DNA of 58,638 bases, counting the filler, from Sphacelaria rigidula (Eukaryota): assembly GCA_964200075.2 (NCBI GenBank). It is 9 parts of 9 records of this genome, joined end to end, with 100 filler letters (N's around TTAATTAATTAA, not from the genome) between each part and the next. Parts side by side here need not be neighbours in the genome. Positions count along the whole stretch, not along the records: positions 45,687 to 52,112 come from CAXNAA020020143.1; positions 52,213 to 58,638 come from CAXNAA020020144.1; 7 more parts are not named here. One strand, given 5' to 3'. How positions within the stretch are numbered: position 1 is the stretch's first letter; every line of letters begins with the position of its first letter. Position numbers and translations under genes: made by a program. Of this stretch, positions 50,501-58,638 are shown in pieces. Under the pieces are notes generated by a model, which saw nothing but the letters and a program-made list of their open reading frames with translations, had not been told where the DNA came from and ran no database searches.

Positions 50501-52112
50501 TGCATCTATCTCTGTCGAGGAGCGGGCGGCGGCAGAGCTGGATCATTCAGCGTTCGAAGTCGAGGATGCACAAGAGAACTTCCGCGAGGCTTGTGGCTTC
50601 GACAGTTCAGACCCTATTGTTGTGGACGTACTTGATGAACTCCTGACAGGACAACAAGAGCACGACCCTCTGCAGATGACCGTTGTTGGCGGAGTGAATG
50701 GGACTTTGCACTACATTGTCACTGGTGAGGGGCAGTCATTCAGCTGTAGTATTTTACCTTTCATACACCGTGCACACCACGTTTAAACTGCTTTCTGGTT
50801 TCTCGTGTGCACACGATGGTCGCTCCAATGCTTCGCAGACAGCTCAGGTTGAACTCAAGCTAGATGGCTATCATGCTATCCAACGGGTGACCAAGCTGGT
50901 CCCCAAAGCTCACGGCGGCGCAGCTCTGTATACTGCACGGTTTCGGGATGCGATCTTCCGAGTACATAAGAAGGACTTCGACGCCGCAGTTGAACCTTTA
51001 CGGCACTCGGGTCACTCGGAGGAAGAAATCGAGGAGAGGAAGAGGAAGGGTTGGAGATATTTCCTCTCGAAGTGTCGAAGGTTGGGCAGGGTTTGTACTT
51101 GATATCGGTTATGCAGTCCCTTCACAGCGTGAATTTTGGTTGACTTTACGTTTGAGCAGTGTCGGGTGTTCGACTCTTAGTTGAGCTAGAATGCACACCT
51201 GTGCGTACTCTCTTGTCCCGTTACTCCAATGTCCCCGTCAGCCATTTCCTTGTTTCTTGTTTCCTGTTTCTCTCAATATACAGGTTCATTCCTCCTCCAG
51301 CTGAGCTGGTGAAGCGGTTCGATCTCCTTCACCGGGTGTACGGCAACGTCATCGACAAGAAGACCAAGCAACCTCTACTGCGACCTGAGGCATGGGAAGC
51401 GGTGAAACGGCTCCGGCAGCATATTATCGCTGGGTCCATCAGCGATCCTACTGGGGTTCCTCTGTACTTTGAGACTGGGAAGGACCCAGAGACGGGGGCG
51501 CCGCAATACCGATGCGTACGCGGGACAAATGACCTCGAGGGCTACCACCTGCGCATGCGAATGCTCACGTCGTGGGTTGTGTCGCCGCGCTTGGCCAACG
51601 GTGTGCTCCTTGAACACAACTGTCAGTGGAACATGCGACAAGGCGACAAGAACAGGCGTTTTGATCCTGCGGTGGCTGGCTTCTTCGACCAACCGGTCAT
51701 CGAAGCTATTCAGGTATTGCGTTTTTATGTACACAACAGTAGTTACGGGGTACAAAGAATCGCGTCCGATCTTTCTTTTCCCGTTTATGGTAAGATTACG
51801 ATGGATCTTCCTGATGTTATCAGGTGGGCGGATTTGGTAGTAATGTTTGCTCGCCGTATTGTGATCAGTCCGGTATTATGTGAGGTTGACTTTCCTCCTG
51901 CTGGTCAATCAACCTTTGATGCAATATCCCTCCATACGCCTTGCCCATCTGCAGAGAATGACTCACGTTCTATTCGGAGAGGTACAGTACCCCGGCTGGG
52001 TTCCTACGGGTGCTTACCGCGACACGGGAGAGAGAAGTGGCTTCGTGTCCAGTATCCTTTCGGCAAATAATGGTTGTGACTACGACGCCGCCGATGAAAT
52101 CTACTCGGGGGG
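47530..52112 (+). CDS. Dada-type (DUF6729-associated, MULE/IS256-related) DDE transposase with an embedded DEDDy 3'-5' exonuclease; 7 exons, one frameshift, 3' end cut by gap
   Basis: Exons 47530-47963, 48130-48303, 48545-49302, 49694-50724, 50843-51080, 51284-51713 and 51955->52112 join with GT-AG introns in consistent phases (0,0,2,1,2,0). Motifs: LP..VQESFPFILTKKSAV; LSMDGSYK (D1); NEFEQV; VYTDLCCDDR (D2); LKLDGYHAIQR (DxxH); ISDPTGVPLY; YRCVRGTNDLEGYH (E). Exonuclease motifs GLDIEW, KAGVAISAECIRL, SKWNTPHLSDAQKGYAARDA. Frameshift at ~47755-47759. Confidence 0.85.
48850..49735 (+). other. WRN/Mut-7-like DEDDy 3'-5' exonuclease domain (split by intron 49303-49693)
   Basis: ExoI GLDIEW, AIIQL, LP..L..ILEN..I.KAGV, GLADLC..LLGK.L.K....RVSKW, ExoIII YAARDA. 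Confidence 0.9.
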
Positions 52113-54016
52113 NNNNNNNNNNNNNNNNNNNNNNNNNNNNNNNNNNNNNNNNNNNNTTAATTAATTAANNNNNNNNNNNNNNNNNNNNNNNNNNNNNNNN
52201 NNNNNNNNNNNNCACACACACCTCCGCTAGTCTTTTTACAACTACTAATAGGTGTGGTTGTCATCAGCGGCCGAGAAATTGAAAACGTTCTGTATCGTGC
52301 CGCCGTAGGTCCTGCCTGAAGAAGCTTAGTTTGGTGGCTATGATTTGGGGTCCTTGCAGCTGTTGCATCATACCATGCGCCGTACTAAGTACTCCGAGTA
52401 TCCAAGTAAGACCATTTTTTTATGGGGACCAATCCCGAATCTGGCGGGACCCCAATCTGTGCCAGATCGGGGGGGTTCAGATTCTCGAAACTCAGATTCG
52501 TGTGTACCCCTTCATGGTTTCATAGATTTATGGAAATTGTTGTGTACAAGGAGGGTCAATTTTTGTTGTGGTGTGGTATCACAGTGAAGCCGACAAACAG
52601 GCAGGTGGTGAATCATCCTTCAAGAGCACCGTCGTACCGTGGTACCCTAGGGTATAATGCAGTGTAGTACGCTCCACAATCACAGTACACGGTAATGCCG
52701 TGTGGTAATACATGATGGTACAGTCGGTATGGCGAGAACAGTGCACAACAACAGTGTGCGACGAGAGTTCACGATCGTAGTGCTAGTCGTCACCCTGCAA
52801 GTACAGCGGCAGCAGCAGCGCGGCAAATATATACCACCAATCGCCGCAGGGTACAGCGTCAACACTTTTCAATCCGCCCGTCAAATCCCGTGCGAAGCTG
52901 CTCCAGCAGCTGGCCTGTCACGAGACTGTCTTCTGCTGCGGTTGCAAAATATCAAGCGCCTGTTGCCCTATAACCGGACGTCTATGTACGTACGTCACTT
53001 CCTGTAGATTCGGGGGATCTCGATTTTCTCCCGATATGCGCTCGGATTCGGGGAGCACTGTTCTCAGATCGTGACATACGAATATGAGCTTCCCCGATTC
53101 GGGCCGGCTTGAGTTCCCCCGATCTGTGTACAGATTGAGCATAAAAAATGTTCCAAGGGCGTGTCTTAGCACGTTTCTTTTCGATCGATGAAAGGGGTGC
53201 TGGAATTATCATGAAAGAAATTCGCTCGTTTTCGTCCAGTAGGGTTCAGGCGAACTTTCGAGCTTCTGAGGAGGCAGTAAAATTCGTGAACCGTGCTTGG
53301 TCCCTTGTGTGCAGTACAGTCTGTACTGCCTGCACTCCTTGTATGCAGTATGTTTGTGTGTGTGTATGCATGTTTCGCACTGTAGGGTGTGAACGAGAAG
53401 TGGGCAATGTGCAGCACAGACAGCGCAGGACCATCTGCCCTCTCTGCTTGCAATGCGACGTGAAAGGGACTTGTACAACGTGCAGCTTTGTACTGCCTGC
53501 TCTGTCCGTGAGGGTGTACGCAAGCCGGTTGCCCACCCCACCAAGCAGTTCCGTTGCTGATCCGTAACATAAAAGAAGGTGCTCAAGTTCTCGCCAACAT
53601 AAAATCAACAAAGCATACCCAACTACTGCAGTGTATCCATCCCCGTGCTCACTCGTGCTATATGCTGCAGGGTCGCGGTGGCGGCTGAGAATGATTCGGA
53701 TGGATTTCAGAGTTTCATCGTTTTGTGAACTGGTGGTGCACGATGTGGAGGTCTGATAAGATAGAAATCGAGTGCCGCTTCGTGCCTTTCGACCGTATGT
53801 TTTGGATCGAAAAAGCATAGCTTCATTGGTTTTTACTTCCTCTCCGTGCGCCCCTGATAATGAAGGCGAGTTGAAGCCTTCTAGGAGCGGAAATACGGTG
53901 GACCCATCAGATGATGTCATGACTATGGCATGCATGATCATGAGACCCCCCACCCTCCTCTGCGTTGAAGAACCTCAACGCTGCACAATGAGGATGATCG
54001 TAACACGTAGTGTTTG

Positions 54017-54334
54017 TTGAAATGGTTGGACACCCATGAGGCAGTGTATAAGCCGTGGCTGTCTCTATGAGTGGCGATACCATAAAAAAAAGCAACTCAT
54101 TGCAGGCTGTCATCCAAATGCAAGATAATCACTAGGCTTCGGGCCGAACAATCTTAGCCGGATGCAGCTCACCCTTCCCTCCATGCGACTCGCCGAACAC
54201 AGCATGGCGGTTCGCGCTTGGTGATGCAGTGCGAGCCTGGTCCGGCGAAAACCCGGCGTGCTCCGTCCCGGCTTTGTAGGGATGCGAGATCAATGGTCTC
54301 ATGATTATGGCAGGCATGATCATGAGTACACCCC
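54017..54334 (-). repeat. ~310-bp SINE-like repeat, near full-length copy
   Basis: Reverse complement of 42031-42344. Confidence 0.85.
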
Positions 54335-57300
54335 TCTCCCTCTCCCTCCCCCTCCTCCCCCCCCTTCTCCGTCGGAGGGTCAGGAAAAAAAAACGTTTAT
54401 ATTTTCTTTCCTCTGCGTTTCCCCTCTCACTTCGTGTGTTTGCTTAACGTTACCCCTCAAACACGTGCTAAATACCTACATGTTGGAAACACCTACATGC
54501 TGCACGGGTGGCCACTGGCACACGTTACGGCACGTCGTCCACATTTTGGAACTTCTCTATGCTATGAACAAATTGAATAGCATGCGTACAACATGGATCA
54601 GTTAGGAAAGCATATGCCCCAGCCTATAGGCGGGTTTGCTAAGTTTACACAAAGGGACAACACGTTCGATAACACTTCGATTTGCGCTGTACAAAAGTCT
54701 TTCCAAAACCTAGATTTCTCTTTCAAGTGCTGGTGGCCGGCTTGGCTTTATTTTATGGTCGTGGTTGGAGACGATCCCTACCCTAAACCATCCCTTGCGA
54801 TAACCTCCGACAAAAGCTACCAAAAACAACAACCGCAACTTCCGTCTAAGCTTGTGCAAACAGGTGATACGGGGAAGTGGTGGTAATATATAGAGTGTTT
54901 CGACATAATATATCATCCACAACACCTGCAATGCCCACTATATTTGTCCGTTATTTACGCCTCCACCAAATGACTACAAGACGCGGATATATTTTTCTGT
55001 AGGATGAGCCCTGGGGACATTCATATGCACCGAGATGTTCTCCAAAACAAGTGCATGTGTACTCTCCGGCCGTAATGCTTGGTCTCATTGACCCTAAAAA
55101 ACAACTTTATCCGCGATGTATACAATCCCGTGTCAACGAGAGATTCTGTCAAATAAGGACAACTGGTTTGTACGGCAATGACGGGGCTCGAAATTGCCCG
55201 ATATTAACGCGGGGTTTCACAAATTGTGGCTAATATCTTCTAAGGATGAGCGAGGCTACACGTAGCCTTCTTTATATATATATATATATATACCACTAGT
55301 CCCGCTCGCAGCTGGTGCACTACGACTTTTGCGGCCATGGTCGTAGTCCTCCTACACCGACATATCTTACAGAGTTTATGTCAAAAGGTGATTTCTAGAT
55401 GGACACTTGTACACTTGTGGTATTTTTTTCCCCTTTTCCAAACTAGGAAAATGTCTTGAGTGCTCCAGCAGCCTGCACCCGGCCCTTTCCCTTAGTCGTA
55501 ACTGTAAAATATTGTTGCATTCCCGCAAGATACTACTGCTGTCGTCATGTCCACGTGATTCAAAAATTGGAGGTGTGAAAATTGAACTATTTTCGGGCAC
55601 CTGCCGGTGACATGCTACTGAGTGTAGCATAACGATATGGTGTGACAGTCGAAGTATGTTTCTCGTCTGCTACGGAGCTGTTTGCACCGTACGATGGCTT
55701 GAGCAGTGGTGAGGGATTGTGTGAGTACACACACTTGACAACATATTCGTGATATTCAGAGCGTAATATCGGATTCAGAGTGGATGCTCTAGCATTCCTC
55801 ACAGGCATTTGTGTTTTTGCTTGAGCGCACGTCCTGTGCATGCAGCAACCGTACAGTACCCCATTCGAGGAATTCGGCGGTCTGGTTGGTGAGATACCGC
55901 ACAAAGCATTATTACGCCTGGGGGGGCATTTCAGAACTGAAACTGTTTCAGGCACTAATCGGTTTTTCCTGAAAGAGGGGATATTTTGTTGCAATGGACT
56001 GACTACGTCGTTGCGATCGAGTGATGTGTCAAATTGATCGTGTGGGTGACAGCTTTCATTGAAGCCATCGCTTCACCAGCTGGGCGCATTACTCCTCGAA
56101 CTGTGGCGCTGTCATAATCGACGGGAAAGTCCATTGAATCGGGTCTCACTCTGAATCCGATGTTACATTCTGAATCTCACGAATATAGTGTTACCTGTTG
56201 CTGTGTCCATACAAGGCTCATGGGACAAACGCGGCGAAGAAACTGTGAAAAATCGCGACCTGAAAATTGTTATGTCTATGTCGCAGTATTTCTTCGCACC
56301 GTTTCCGGCAAGCACGTTTCTCGACCGCTACGGACTGTGCGAGCGTACTTTCGAGTGTTGTTGCAGTGCCCACACGAGGCCCGTGGGACGAACGCTGAAA
56401 GGTACCCAAATCGCGACTCGCTTGGATGTGACTGAATCGCAAATCCGAGTCGCCACTCAGATTTATAGCATTACTCTCAAAAGAAGTACCAAACATTAAA
56501 TCAGAAGACTGTTCGGGCCCAACTTACTTTATATCTCAGGTTGCACACTAGGAGAGCGCGTGTTTTATCTGTATCAGTACACTACAATATAATATAGGCA
56601 GCGTGCTACACACACAGGTGAATACCAAAGACGCAAGCACGCGGCCGATAGAGAAGTACTCGACTGGGAAGATAGCTCGCAATGATGCAGGAGCCAGGCG
56701 TTAAATTCCTGCGAGATGTTTTGAGAATAGCAAGTTGGCGTATCAAGCGTAGTAGCTTCTAGCGTCATGCTTTTAACAACGTTTTTGCAACATTGAAAGT
56801 GTAGCTTCTGATTGAGGGTTTTGTTAACCTTGTGTGGAATCGGCATCATTTTCACATTTGACGTTTCTGCGTGACCCTGATCAGCAACCCTGAACGAAAG
56901 GAAATCCTGGAAAATGGGAACGACTTCTTTTCATAGGAATAAAAAAAATAATACAGTGCTCAGAATTGTGCGAAATGACACCCCTCTATGGTACCGAGAG
57001 ACTGTAGACGCCCAAAAGATTGAAGAACCGAGCCCAGAGGTTGTGATACTATTTTTACAATGAAATGCGGGTCGTTTGCCTCTAGACTATTGCGCTTCGT
57101 ACTCGGGTCTGTTTTTTTCTTCTTCAAAAACTCCAAATATACTGTTCCTGAAATTCCAGAACAGCGAACAATTGGTTCGTACCATTTAGATAGGTCTCAT
57201 GTGCCTTTTTTTTCTTTGTGGTCGCTGGGGAAGCGTTGAGCTTGATGAGATTTTGGGAATGGTTCGCCGAATGACTTGTCGGCAAGTGACAAGAGCCACA

Positions 57301-57729
57301 AACAGCTGCTTGGAACCTTTCGGGCTATCGGACGTTGGGCATATTTATTCACCTATTTTTACGTCAGCGTAGGGCATATTCTATTTCGCACAATTCTGAT
57401 ACTATTTTTTTCTCGTTGTCATATACATAAGTCGTTCCCATTTTTCAAGATGCCCTGTTCCTCGCGGTCACAGGGTCAACATTCCAAAACGTTTTTCGTC
57501 AAATATAAAATCCGAAAGCAAACAAACGCCGACATACGATTATTTGAAATCGCGACAGGTTGCGACTCCACACTCGCATTCGCACTCAATATATCAGCCA
57601 GAAAAAAAAATATGAAACGCGGTGCGTAATCTGCCAACTGTAATCATAACTTGCCGAATGTAGAGCGGTATACTAACGAGACGAGCGTTTCGATGGCTGA
57701 TATCGGCATTCTCATTTATTTTACTACTA

Positions 57730-58522
57730 CTCGGCCGCCCCCCAAGCAATGGGAGGATACCCTAAAGGACAACCTACGTGCGTTAGGGGCTGTCCCGCAC
57801 AAAGGAGCCCGACGAAAGTGGTTCGTGTACGGTGTAGACGTCAACGATGCATACGATTGGATCACTGTGGCGAAGGACCTGGGCAAATGGCATATTGGAG
57901 TCGAAAAGGGGGCGGAAGAGTTTGAGGACACGTAGCGACGGGCGGACAAGCGAGAATCAGACCGATGTCACAAGCGAAAGGCTGCTACGTCGAGGGCTGC
58001 CAGTCGGAAAATCCTGTCCTCTCATATCGGTTGTTGATTATGTCCTTGGTCGGTGGCTCCGCGGTGCCCACTGGTGTGTGCGTGCATCTACTCTGCTGCC
58101 ATGAATCACTTGGGCCTTTTTTCTTTTCTTTTTCTTTCCTTTTATTTTCTTTCTTTTTTTCCCATCGTTTCATTATTTTATTTTATTTTATTTTATTTTT
58201 GCTTCGTACTTTCCTCTTGTTTTCCTTTTTCTTCCTTTGCTTTAGGTTGGCCATTTCTTTCTGTGCTTTGCTCGTGTTGACTTTTTACTACTTTTTTGTC
58301 ACGACCTAGTCTGCTATGTCGTTCTTTTTTACCACTCTTTTTTTTTGTTTTTTGTTCCTAGTCTTCTCTACTTCTGTTAGTTTTTTCCCTTCTATTCTTT
58401 TCGAGCGTGTTTAAGTTTCGTTTTTCTTGGGTACGTACGTCTATCATGAGACCACGGCTGGATCCCGGGGGGGTCAGTTAAAGTGCGACAATCAATCAGT
58501 CGAATCAATCAGTCAATCAATT
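57730..58522 (+). mobile_element. 5'-truncated LINE (RTE-like) 3' end with (AATC)n tail
   Basis: RPPPKQWEDTLKDNLRALG...WITVAKDLGKWHIGVEKGAEEF (RTE ORF2 C-terminus), T-rich 3' UTR, terminal GTTAAAGTGCGAC(AATC)n. Same family as 1-1160. Confidence 0.85.
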
Positions 58523-58638
58523 CTAGCGCCTTGTCTATCTGTGTCTGTAGTCCATCTGGTGTTCCTGAAATCCCCGCGAAATCATCCGCGAACATCAATC
58601 CTAATACCATATCTTCACCCACCTGAACCCCTTGCTCT

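Noticed and set aside
53005..55260. Exon-like segments with Cys-rich and DNWF-like words (piggyBac-like?)
   Set aside because: Fragmentary and stop-ridden; no consistent motif order to support a call.
56188..56499. VAVSIQGSWDKRG resembling a Kolobok/Mutator-like DGxWxKRG motif
   Set aside because: Catalytic Asp absent and downstream conserved motifs not found.

Overview
Repeat-rich, intron-containing eukaryotic DNA. Splice style, (TTAGGG)-like repeats, CAG/CAA-rich exons and gene content suggest a brown alga (Ectocarpus-like stramenopile); this taxon call is an inference. The window is not one locus. It is nine contigs of 6427/6426 bp, sorted by length and joined by 100-bp N-TTAATTAATTAA-N linkers, so nothing should be linked across gaps. 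Host gene fragments: the last two exons of a glucose-6-phosphate 1-epimerase (YeaD-like), a convergent polyQ terminal exon, the last exons of a DUF3110-like protein, and the 3' exons of a casein kinase 1-like gene with a long low-complexity tail. Mobile DNA dominates: a degenerate Ty3/Gypsy gag-pol, a Copia gag relic, several LINE pieces, SINE-like repeats and many MITEs (Stowaway/mariner-like, hAT-like, 3-bp-TSD and foldback types). The standout is contig 8 (47530-52112): a 7-exon, phase-consistent gene for a Dada-type DDE transposase (D, D, DxxH, E). A WRN-like DEDDy 3'-5' exonuclease, a putative small beta-barrel domain and an Ala/Ser repeat linker are inserted inside its catalytic core. 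All family assignments come from motif recognition by eye; no database searches were run.
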